A DNA stretch of 63,997 bases, filler included, from Bigelowiella natans CCMP2755 (lineage: Eukaryota > Protista > Cercozoa), in assembly GCA_000320545.1 (NCBI GenBank). It is 7 parts of 7 records of this genome, joined end to end, with 100 filler letters (N's around TTAATTAATTAA, not from the genome) between each part and the next. Parts side by side here need not be neighbours in the genome. Positions count along the whole stretch, not along the records: positions 1 to 17,087 come from ADNK01002257.1; 6 more parts are not named here. One strand, written 5' to 3'. Below the pieces are notes generated by a model. It ran no database searches and was not told the origin of the DNA. It saw only the letters and a list, made by a program, of their open reading frames with translations. This document shows, piece by piece, positions 1-14,140 of this stretch (position 1 is its first letter; each line of letters opens with the position of its first letter). The translations under genes were made by a program, and so were the position numbers.

Positions 1-2541
<2,541 letters not shown>

Positions 2542-3160
2542 GGCAAGCTGGCTAAATCGCTGCCTTCCCTCTCGCCGTCCTCGAGTCACTCCATCGGAGA
2601 CACAGCAGAGTACCGACAGGAGAACAACCACTAGCTGGCTACGACAGGAGGCCTTTGTTTGAAATTAATGGTAGAGATAATGATCATAACAATCCCCAAC
2701 GACATTGGAGTCCTCATAGGAATAGAAATTATAATAATATATATTAGGCGTACTTGTTCTACCTTGAACAGCGACCATCGAAAACGTTGCCCTCGTTGCA
2801 TCAAAGAATGTGGATGACCTGATTCAACCCTACCACCTTGATTTCACTCTCCTACACAAAGCAGACAGAGACTAGAGGGGCTGCTTGGATTCAAAATTTC
2901 GAATTTGGAGGAGTGAGGCACTCGTACGCTCTTATTTTACATAATAAAATCATCAAAATGTCAAAACCTAGTCCTTTTACAGCTAAAATTGGGAATATAG
3001 GATGTCTCAATTCAAATAAACCACGCTGGCTGGGAAAAGTATTGCACAACAACTATGTCTGGATTCTTGAAAAGAATTTATTTATTCGGTAGGTGACTGA
3101 GGAAGTGATACAGCTATAGATCAGTTTAGTAAATATTCTATACCAAATATATCTTGTATA

Positions 3161-4120
3161 TCATCCAATTTCCCCAACAGGACAGAAGAAAACAAGGAGA
3201 GCAATTCATGCAGATTGAACAGTTTTTTTTCTGAGTCTTCCAGTTGAAAATGTTGTCTGCAGACGATCGTTTGCCACAAGCACGCGAGCTCGCACTTCGT
3301 TGTCACGCTGGATGCCCTCATCGACACCATTGCTGCTGCTGGGAGCCCGAAGTGAAGGCCTGGATGTAGATCGAAAGCCAAGTTGAATGTGCACGTCCAC
3401 GTCTGCCAAGATCAAGTGAACAATCAAGTTTGGAAACCCAGATTTGCAGGCCAGCAGACAATGCGAGTCCATTGTGCAGGTTGGCACACACAAACAGCGG
3501 CGCGGCGCGGCAAAGCACGCCACTGGCACGTCACTAGTCAGACGTGTGTGCAACTTTGGGCAACACAAGACAGTCGATCAGTGGTTTGTCTCGCAGTCTT
3601 CCACAAAAGTTCCATCGATGAAAATGCAATGACGGGGTCGACAACAACGTGCAACTTTGCATCACTGCAAGATCGACGCGCACGCTGGCAATGAACAATG
3701 AACAATGAACAATGAACAATGAACAAAGCGTTGATCAAATCCATCACATCTACATGCATGCAGCGGAACTCAGAACCACGCGCAGCAGCACGCTTGCACT
3801 TGCGCGGTTTTCCGCCAGTGAACACCCTGAACTCGACCACAACTCTCGGTGCAATGACACAAAACTTAGTCATTCACCAAGAGCACTCACATGGATACTT
3901 TCACAAGTGTGTTGCGGCATGATAGCTAGCTAGGTGGGCCGTTTACGTCAAAGCAACAAATCGGCATGCTGCATTCATTTGACATGCCGACTTGGCACTC
4001 TAGCACTGCACATGATCCATTAAGACTAGCACAGCCATGAAATAGTGGCAAGGATTACAATTTACCACACTCAGCAATGTGCAAACACATCTTAACAATG
4101 ACCCAAGAAAAACTTGTGCG
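3161..4120. other. TpA-depleted intergenic patch with (AATGAAC)n tandem repeat and a degenerate repeat copy
   Basis: Hand count: 3 TpA in 3161-3860 (GTAG, CTAG, CTAC) versus about 12 in 3101-3160. (AATGAAC)n at about 3690-3726. Confidence 0.85.
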
Positions 4121-7100
4121 CTATTGTGACACTGCGTGAACACGAGGGCGTTGCATATGCATTTGTTCAGAACTTGATGCTAAGCCTGGCAATGGAGGTG
4201 GTGATTCAAGAGAAATTTCTAGTAATGGGTTTTTATTTTTGATTTTCTCCTCTTTCTTTGTTCCTTTTCCATGTAAAAGGGAATCCAAAAACGATTTTTT
4301 GCTTTCCAGTGCACTCTGTATGCAAATGGTTAAGTTTTTCATCATCACTTGAAATACACGCAAACAAAAGGTTAGATGATTGGACTTTAATTCGTTTATG
4401 CTCCATTTTTAGCCTTTCAATGTCTTGACGAAGAATGTTACAGAGTCTAGTTGAAACGAATACATCAACCAAGCAGAGTGATTTTCGATATTAGAAATTA
4501 GAACTCAGGAAATCCAAAAGAAACGCACCGTGTCCGAACATCAGAACTTAGTGTTCCAGCATATTCCTTCCGCCAAATTATTTCCCATTCTGATAAATTC
4601 CAAAGTTATTGTATTGTCATCACCGAAGATATGATGTTATACCGGAGAGTGTCAAAATTAGGTTTGAGGCCGCACGCCGTAACCTTTTATCCGTACTTTT
4701 AGAGAGGGTCCTATTGGATTGCATTTAAAGATTTTAGAATTTCGAATTTATTCTATGATCCATTAGGCTTACTTCAGCGCTTTTGGAATCGCATGCTTCA
4801 CCACCATTGCCTATTTTCACATTTTATCATATCATTAAATTATTGTGCTCATAACCCGATTGTAAGAATCTGTTTTGTTGCAGATTTAATCCCACTTGAT
4901 CTTTCTCATTTTTCTTTTTATCATCTTTTGAAGCCCAAAGAAGCCATCTCAGTGCACGCAGACAATGATATTGTACGCGTTCCTCCGGGGAATCAAGCAA
5001 ATAACCTGAACTCCAGAAGTTAGATGTATCCTAAAATGAAATGAAAAATTACTTAAGCTCTGAATTATTGCCGAAGCATTTTCGTCGTTGAGAAAGTGGT
5101 ACTGGAATACCAAATAGTAAGAACTTTGTGAATCAAATGACGAAGGGCCAAGTAAATTATGAGATTATGAGTTTACCTCCGCAATTTGTGATACAGATAT
5201 AGGTCTTCCATTGTATCTTGTGCTTTTAATGGTTTCAGTGAGATATCTTCGAATAAGCTCTGTTAAGAATACCTTCTATGGTCCCCAACTCTACATCTTG
5301 TCAAACGTGAATCCCTTGAAGGAATGAATAGCTCTTAGGTATTCTACACGGAACAACGTTATTTACTTCGATCGAGGATACAACCTACAGAGCTGCTCCA
5401 ATTCACTTGCAGCAATAATCTGAATCTAGTATGGGAATAAGATGATACTCTACTCTCTTCTAAATTAACGTTGAATTTGAAACCTTTCGAGATGGATTCC
5501 ATAAAAACTCACGAAGTCTGAAAGGAATTCAACGTAAATATTTAGCACTTCGTTGTAACTAGATTTAATCTTTTTTAGACCTAGGAATATCATAGCGACT
5601 CATTTGTTTTGGCCATCCTAAATATCGATATGCTGTGAATTTCTGTCAAATTGGTAGATATGTGTTTTACCTTGACGTTTACACTCTATCAGCAACGGGA
5701 TTATTTGATTGAAATCAGGTCTCCGAGATGGATTTCTAACGAATAATTGCAGCGTCACATTACTCGAATGATCGAATGATTGTGTGCGAGAAAATTTTAC
5801 CGATTTAAACACTGCATGATGAGAGTACTGAAGAATCCTAACGAAACAAGAAATATTTGAGTGCTAAGAGATTCAATATATTGTGTCTGTACCTTTGCAC
5901 CAATCTGGAACCCTTGGTATCACACCTGTCAAGATGTTTCGCGGTGCTAAAGAGTTGTGCAACGGAAAAGTAAAAATGGGCTACCATCTTCCAAAACTGC
6001 TTCGATTATTTCAATTGGATCCGCGGTGGAAAGAACTCCAGTGAAAGGGGTCTCCCGAGAGACAAGCTCACACATAACAATGCCTACGAACACACCATTT
6101 ATGGCTCGATCCGCACCAAGAATTCATTCTCGTATATTTTACCAAAGCTGTACACGTCTACTTTTTGATTGTAAGGCAATCCTAATACAGAAGATAGAAA
6201 GGGTAGAGGAAAGATAGATACAGGAGAAACAGATTATCATAAATGAGTCTGGATGGTGTAGTGGGTGCACTGTTCCATAATTTACCTTCCATGATTTCAG
6301 GCGCCATCCTTTCATGAAATATAACAAACAACTCAGCCTTGGCAACACCTGCAACTTTTTTAAGATTGGCTACGTACCATTCAGGAGTTCCGAATACTCC
6401 TCCCATCTCCCCACTAGGGAAAGATTTTCTTAATAGTCTTAGATGCAAATTTTCAACGAAGGTACCTATCTTCTGATGTTTTCCGATCACTCCGAGCATA
6501 TCGATTTTGTTTTTGCCTGTATTTTGCAAAACAAATTCACCGAGAATTCACGGCTAAATTATAAAATTAACCTACCGAACGTGAGATAAACCAAAGTCGG
6601 CAAGCTTGACCGTAAACTTATCATCAATGAGCACATTGTGAGACCTAAAGTGATATGTGATTAATAGGGAGATTTGAAAACAAATTCTATGGCAACTTCC
6701 CAGTATTACTTGAGGTCTCGGTGAACGATTCGAGAAGCGAGAGAATGGAGGTAGTTCATGCCCTGAGCAATTCCGTTAGCGATTGAGAGAATTGTCCCAG
6801 TGTCAATGTGAATCGACATATCATGTAGTATGTCGAACAAACTTCCCCTAAATAAAACATGGATTAGGTACAAAAACTATTGAATATGTTCATCTGAGAC
6901 TAACCTGGAACACCACTCCATTACAATGCAAACATTCGGTAATTTCTGGATCATAATTGAGTTATTCATGCCTTTTCAAATTTAGATTGAATGTCTTAAG
7001 AACAATCTAATACCGTACAAGCGCCGATGTATAAGACAATATTCGGGTGACGCAATTGCGACAAAATCTCAATTTCTTTCTTCAAATCCGTGATCCATTC

Positions 7101-9182
7101 CTAATTGAGGATTTTTATAGCGATAATTGTAATTTGTTTCCTGGAGGAAGTACCTCATCTTGAGTCCGAAGCGATCCACCTTCATATGATGAATCCTCAT
7201 AACTATGATCAATTCCTAAAAATTTACTCAACTATAAACACGTTGTTTAGAACATAATGCAATGCTATGGAAAGAAAAGTTGTGAAATACAACCAATTTG
7301 GGGAACTGCCCCAGATCCTGAAATATATTCTTGTTATTAGTACTAAAATGTAAATCTAGCTGAGTCTCATTACGTTCGTTGCCATCACTCGGAGTCTTTA
7401 ATACCTACATAGAAGGAGGAGTTGTCAAACTCCGTACTAATCTCTCGGTATATTGGATACCTTCGCCGCAATTGCTGTTCCCCAAAGTTTTCCTGTATAC
7501 ATTAATAAAAATATGGAGAAGAAAGAAAAATTGTAAATATAGCAGGGCAGTTGAGGAGTCAACCACCTTTATAGACAACCCCGAAAGCGCCATCTGCTAC
7601 CTTTTCTAGGCTAAAATCATATTAGGATCATCATAATAGGAAACAATTTGAGTCGAAATAATACCCCTTGAGATTTCGAAACTCCAGCTGCCATTGAGGA
7701 TGGCGAGCGACCTGAGAGAGGCTCATTAAATCATCCATTCTATGATCTGTAAATACCCTAACCTTTTGAGTTTCCCTGTTCAAAATACTTTGTAGACACC
7801 GATCTATTGCGTCAGTCCATTTCTAGGTTGTTGTTGATAAAGGCCAATGACATTATCAAAGGATTGGGAGTATACATCTCTAACATTTGATTTTCTACTT
7901 TTCTATCGCCCTTCGTGTCTGAATGTAACCATAGCTCCCGATCCTTACGAAAATACACGCACACACACACACTCGGCAACCATGCAAGAAGATTGAGTGC
8001 ATTCGAAAATACCGCATTCTTCACAACAAATAAATTTGCCTTTGGGGTCACTGGCAATGTCATTGTTTGTCTGCTACTCTTTCTGTGTCTGTGTGAAAGT
8101 TGCGATTATTTTTCGAGCTGTAACTTGCATTAAAAACTATTACTTTTGAGAACTCTGTGAGGCCAGCGTTGTAACCGTATTTAGATTCATATCACTCAAC
8201 TCCTAAATGGGGAAAATAAACTGATTTACTGATACTCTTAATTTTCAATAAAATTTACCTTCATGGTATTTTCGAAGCAAGAATGACACACTCGCTGGGG
8301 TGTGTAAAGTCCGAGTCGAGGAATCTCGATATGCCACTAATGATACAAGTTCAGTTTGTCAAACGCTCAAATTTTAACGTTGTGGCGCCACCTTCGAATG
8401 TGTTTGGCATAAGGAAAATCCGCAGCTACGGCAATGATGCCGACGGACCTGTTTAGTGCCACCTTTTTAATAACTATAGAGTCGATAAAAGTCTAACAAC
8501 GATACCGCGAGATTGAATGTGGCTTTGCAGATATGGCAGGAGTTCTTCATTTCCCAGATAGGAAGACTTACCTTTTGGGGACATATTACAACAATGAAAA
8601 TGAAAGATCGACTTTTCACCTCGCCTTCGGTAATGAACTTTCTGAGTGTCGCCCTTGTAATATCCTGATTATACCCACCAAAAAGAATAATGATATTCGC
8701 ATCACCGGAGGAAAAATCCTGTATGCTCCAACAGAATAACCATGCTTCCGAGAACTGTCTTTTTTCCTTCGTCAAGATAATAATCCAGCGAATCAGCCCT
8801 TAGAACAAACCTAATGGTTGACACTAAAAGATTCTCCAACACGAAATATCTCGCTTGTGTCGATACCATCTCTTCTTCCAATTTTTGATCCCACGATTCC
8901 TATAGCCTATTTGAAGTGAAGGATATTGAATACAACATTATCCATATGCAAATCCATATACAAATTATTTTCCGTTCTTGTTGTGAATGCGTAGTATGGA
9001 CGCACGCAAGTTACCTCCTTGTTTATTTATCCATCCCTCATACACCACTGGACTGACACTTTCGGGTGAGCCGAGGCTGCTAGCCCAAATCTGTTGTCCG
9101 AAGAAATAATCTTAGGATGAAGCAATAGTCTACAGTCTATTTTCACCTCTTTCTTCATCCGTATGTCATCAAACGTCGCCAT
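4121..9182 (-). CDS. PH + FYVE domain TKL (Raf/CTR1-like) protein kinase with ARM-like C-terminus; many short introns
   Basis: Spliced motifs: PH (VYEGWINKQGG...KNWKKRWFVLRADSLDYY), FYVE (WEMKNSCHICKATFNLA-VRRHHCRSCGFSLC), kinase (EIEILSQLRHPNIVLYIG; GSLFDILH; IAQGMNYLH; IVHRDLK-SHNVLID; VKLADFGLS; GTPEW-MAPE; PSRRPDF). Start MATFDDIR at 9182; final exon ends ...VHAVSQ* at 4121. Confidence 0.9.
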
Positions 9183-9611
9183 TGGTCACACAAGCGCGAG
9201 TCGAGGAAAACTAGAAAATCTGTTGTTTCGCATTATAGCGAAGCGACATCGAAATCAAAATGTCGCATATTTTAAACACAGGGTGTAGGATGATTTTCTG
9301 ACACATCTTAGTGCTGTTTTTGGGAGAGAAAGGATACCCAAAAAGGTGATGCGAAAAAAGGGTAAATGCGAGGGATATTTGTGCATGAGACAAGCAATAA
9401 AGAGAACCGCGAAGCTCGTTTTGGAGACTTTCAGCTGTTGTTTTCTTGTGTTTTTCCTATTGTTTGAAAGCATGCCATATTTTTGGTGCGGCAAAGCGAC
9501 CGAACGCTTTTGTGGGAAAAGACAAGATTTGCTTGGCAGGCCTGCATGTTCGCCCATTACAGTATGAAATAGAAACAATGTTCATAGTTGCATGGGTTTA
9601 GGGTTCTAAGC

Positions 9612-11607
9612 ATGCATCTTGCAGAGAAACTCGTCGATGCGGAAGGCTCCAGAATTTCGATCAAGCTTGTTTGCAACTGCGGCGAGCTACAACCAGTTTG
9701 GAATCTATTTTTCTGCCATAGTGCTACACAGTTTGTCTGCGATGTGTGTAGTATCAAGACCATAGAAACACATTATAGCCCGGGATTGCTTCAAACTGAA
9801 AGTTCTATGCGGGTACAAGAAGATTATAACAGGTATGTACGTATACACATACCAGTAATAACATGTATACAACTTTACTAATGCAAAACAAAATAAAAAT
9901 TACGCTTAGGTGCAAAACAGAATGCGACTGTCCTATTTGCGGTAGTACACTTCGTATCACTGCCAAGGGAGGAAAGTATCGATATCGTTGCGAGGTTATA
10001 ATATGATATTAATGGAGTTTATCGCTGGCTGATACTGGTGCTGCTACAGTTTTGCAGGTGGGAGTCCTCAGAAATTGGGCTCGCAAAATCTAGTGCATCA
10101 GATCTTATCAGTAAGGGATTCCATATTTACATGTAACACATTGTAAATTTTTTTATACATTAGGAGACGTTAAGTCACACGAGTTCCCCCATCACCTTGA
10201 GTTTGTCGAAGCGGTGAACAGGATCAAAGAAGAAGCAGTGGATGCTGAATATGACGGGCAGGTTGACCCTAACGTCGAGGAGAAGGATGCATCAGAGGAC
10301 TACGGAGAAGCAAAAGTGCAAAGTTTAACTTAATTAGTTAGAATTAAACTTCCGCAATTACACAAATAAACTTCTGCAAATTCATCTTAACTTTTGTATC
10401 TTTTTTTAAAGACAGCAGTTGGAATATTGCATGAAAAGATACAACGAATCGATAATCAATTGGAACGAAACCGATTGATCCACTATAGACTCCCGGGTCC
10501 TCTGACCTACGATGAATCTACCAATCAGTTGTTTAACATTAGTCTAGATTTAGAACTAAAATCAGAATAGGACAGGACGACTCCACATCTAAAGGACAAT
10601 TTCACATACTGGAAACATAACCTTTAGGCAAAGGCGAAGGTTTCAAGACAAATCCACTTGTGACAGATCCCTTAGATAAGAAGTTGCAACCGTTTGATAT
10701 AACAACAATCGAACAACGATTTCTGTATCCCGGGACCCAAACAAAGTATCTCAATCCTGTAGCCGATAGCATTAGGGAAACAGAAGAATACAAAACATTA
10801 CGTTTGTGTACTAACAATTTAAAAGGTACATCCGTTTTCTCTATCCAAGGCGCAAAGCTTTGATGACAAAAATTGGACACAAGTGTCCCACTTCCGGAGA
10901 ATACGTGATAAAGCCTAACATGATTAGGCCCAATATGAGCGAACTGGGTAAACGATTTCTGATATCCTTTTTAGCCGTCGATATTGTCCCCACGGTTTCC
11001 ATTGAGATGCCAAATGAGAAACTACAACCAGGCAAAGCAGGAACTGTTACCTTGTTCTTGAGAAATCCTGCACCCATTCCTGTGCAAGTTATTTTGGAAC
11101 AGAAACAGGTGGAATCAGAAGAGAAAACGAAAAGTAGGAAAGAAAAGGCACAAGATACAGATTTAAAGAAGATGAAAAGGAAAACAAAACTTGAACTAGC
11201 AATCAACAAAGTAAGAAGCGAACCTCAGGTTATCTTTGTTTAACAAAATAATTGTTTTGTGAAACACCAAGGTAATAATTCCCCCCTACGACGAGCTCTC
11301 TGAAGAGATATCTCATCTATATGATGGCTCGAAATCTCCACAAAACAGAATAGAAAAGGTTTGTACTTGTGCGATAATAAGCTATAGTCTGAGAATTTTG
11401 TGCTTTCAGGGTGGTTTGATAAACTTTGGAAAATTGGGGAAAGTTGGAATCAGTGCTAAAATTGTGCCACAATTGGATGCGAAGAGGGACATCAGTTTTG
11501 ATTTAAGTGTAACTTTGATTCCCAGTACTGATTCGAAGAAAGCTTGTAGAATTAAGTTTGAACGTTTTTCTTATGTCATGCATTTCAATCTGGGAGGCAT
11601 ATCTTAA
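9612..11607 (+). CDS. DCTN4: Dynactin subunit 4 (p62)
   Basis: Cys pattern CNCG..LFFC..VCDVC..ETHYSPGLL..NRC..CDCPICGSTL..CEFCRW, followed by a beta-rich C-terminus (VIKP..., TLFLRNP...) typical of dynactin p62. Short GT-AG introns. Exact start uncertain. Confidence 0.85.
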
Positions 11608-11629
11608 GATTGTTAGCAGTCATCAATGT

Positions 11630-12960
11630 TCGAATGTGATCACAATGATATCCTGGCTCTCTCAACCAGCAACAATGCGGGCCCTCCGCAGCAAGCATCA
11701 ACTCGTTTGCTAGCTTTGGTGTTGTGCAAGTTTGCATGCGCTCATCACTTTCTGTTCACCACGCTAGCACGGCGATTCAGCCATGCTTGCTGATCGAGCA
11801 CTCGAATCTGCATCTGCCATGACGCGATTAACTTTCACTAATCGCGCTAGCGCGACCGAAACAAACCAGCTTCACGGTTCATGGCAGCTGCGCGCGGTTT
11901 CACTTCTGGAATTAGACGCACTTGCCGTGAGAAACCCACACAAAGTGTCACTAGGTCAGTCTAGCAGTGTGCTGCCTGTCTAGCTAGCCAATGCTAGCCA
12001 CACTAGCTAGCTAGCACAGCATGCTGATTGAACTTGCCAGAACTGTGCAGAACTCCATCACGTTGTTCTCTGGTTCTGGAGTTCACACCGTCGTGTTCGA
12101 TCAGCTCTGTGGCAACACACACACGCTAGCTAGCAGGCTAGCAGGCACACACAATCCATGCTGGCATGAATGCATGAACATTGCTGGCTAGCTGGACCAG
12201 TGGATTGTGTGAACATTGCACATTGAACATTGAACATTGTGCACGAATTGAGCATTGATGCCAACCTGCTTGTGCAAGAACACACGTGGAAAACGAGCGT
12301 TGCACGCACGTGCAGCGCCCACGCGCATCGCCCACAGCTGACAGCGAACACTGAGCAGGTGCATGAACTGTGTCAAACGAACAACGAACAAAGCATTGAT
12401 GCAAATCCACATGCGCAAGAACCAGGAGATGAGCGAACACGTTCAGCAGCGCCTCAAGGAATCACAAAAACCATTGCGAGGACTTGTCAGCACTCTCCGC
12501 CTTTCTAGCTTTGTTCCTGATCCAGTGATGGTGACAGTCACAACTGGGTAGCTAGCCATTCTGGCATTCTAGCATTGCTGGATTGACTTGCAGCAGCCAA
12601 CTGAAACCAAACACGTGCCAATGGCTCCAATTGCAACTACATCGCAGAAATGTGTGTAATGTGTTGCAATTGCTGCAACTAGGCCTGCAAGTTGTGCATC
12701 CGCGTTGGAGTGGGAGTCAACCAGGAACAGCAGGCAACCTGCGTTTCCTGCCTGGAGCATCTCCTGGAATGTCTTCTGTGTCGATTTCGTTCCTGAATTA
12801 TCGGAAGTTCCCGTTAAAGCGTGACGCATGGTCAGACATTGAGGGGATTTCATCTCCAATGAGCACTCACAAACAAATCTGGAGGTGAGGGATCTTCTGA
12901 AAAGCACTGCAATGGGGATGCGTCTCCATTCTCTAGTTCTGCGACAATCGATGTCTTGTC
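11630..12960. other. TpA-depleted, CTAG-sparing intergenic patch containing a dispersed repeat
   Basis: Hand count: 13 TpA in 11941-12540, all in CTAG; none at all in 12191-12505. Confidence 0.9.
12386..12480 (+). repeat. Copy of a degenerate dispersed repeat (other copies at about 30455-30529 on -, partial at 3721-3742 on +)
   Basis: Collinear shared blocks GAACAAAGCATTGATGCAAATC (22 nt identical), CACATGCGCAAG and AGCAGCGCCTCAAG. Confidence 0.75.
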
Positions 12961-13189
12961 GCAATGTTTAAATCATCCAGTGTTGTTTTGAAAAAAATCT
13001 AGAAAATTAAATAATAAATCGGCAAGTTTGCTTCGAAAGGACTGTTGTGTGAAAGCACGAATAATCTAGTCTCAGCCTCCCTCCGGCCCAGGCACGAAAG
13101 CATCACAACCTCTTCGCCTTACCGCATATTCCCTTCTTCAGCTCCACAGCAGTCACTTTCTTCCGCTATTGAGAAGGATTACAAAAGTG

Positions 13190-13735
13190 TCATGCGAGAG
13201 AGGAGAAGATTCGAGAAGAAGATGTCGAATGCAACGCCCTGTTCTGCTGTGGAAAGGTCGGGTGAGGGCTGTCCTCACAAGAAGAGGGATTATAGATGGC
13301 AAATCCATTCTTAGCCCTCATTCTTTCTATCTAGATTATGAGAATATACACATTCATATAGATATAATTCGTGCAATACAGAGAGAGAACGTTATTCACA
13401 CACAGTATCCTCTGACTAAATCATTCATTCTATGCCCGTACGCCAGGCATTGGTGCATCGCGACACCTGATTTCGCTGTTCCTGGGATGTGCTCTGCTAC
13501 AGTACATCTGGCGTTATTCTTAGGGTAACAATGCAGTGACACTCGATACGGTAGTTAAAAGACATTCATATATACTTCTTCCAATTCAGAGTCGGAAGCT
13601 TGATGGTCAATGGCAAGCTCGATTGCGGAGGATTAGATTTAACTATATTCTTGGCTGGAACCCTATTGTTACAGGTGGGTATACTGTTTATTGTATGAAA
13701 ATATGAAAATATACATATGTTGTGCGTATGTGTGC

Positions 13736-13787
<52 letters not shown>

Positions 13788-14098
13788 ACGCGCGCGCGTG
13801 CGTGTAGATGTATGAGCAATCGTGTGTTGTGAATGTGAGATTCTAAATGGATTTCGATCTATTTTGCAGGCTTTAGAGTTCATAATTGGAATAAGCGTTT
13901 TTATTGCTTCTGGGTTTCTGGCTAGGTGATGAGTAGTTCTTTTACATACTTTGCTTGGGCCCTCGCGTTTATCGTTAGCACTGTAATTTTCTTCTCGTGC
14001 GGTCGCAACTTAGATGTGGTGAGGTTAATTCGCGTCTTTTTACCCATATATAAATGCCCAAAATGACATCACGGTTTTACTACGTCGTAATATTCATA

Positions 14099-14140
<42 letters not shown>

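Noticed and set aside
3690-3726. (AATGAAC)n as a CRISPR or telomere repeat
   Set aside because: Short tandem heptamer with no spacers, internal location and no cas genes.
11630-12960. Classical RIP or 5mC decay as the cause of the odd composition
   Set aside because: RIP raises TpA and methyl-decay depletes CpG; here TpA is lost and CpG is plentiful.
12130-12964. Stacks of overlapping Cys/His-rich ORFs that look like metal-binding proteins
   Set aside because: Explained by TpA loss removing stop and Tyr codons; no recognisable domain pattern.
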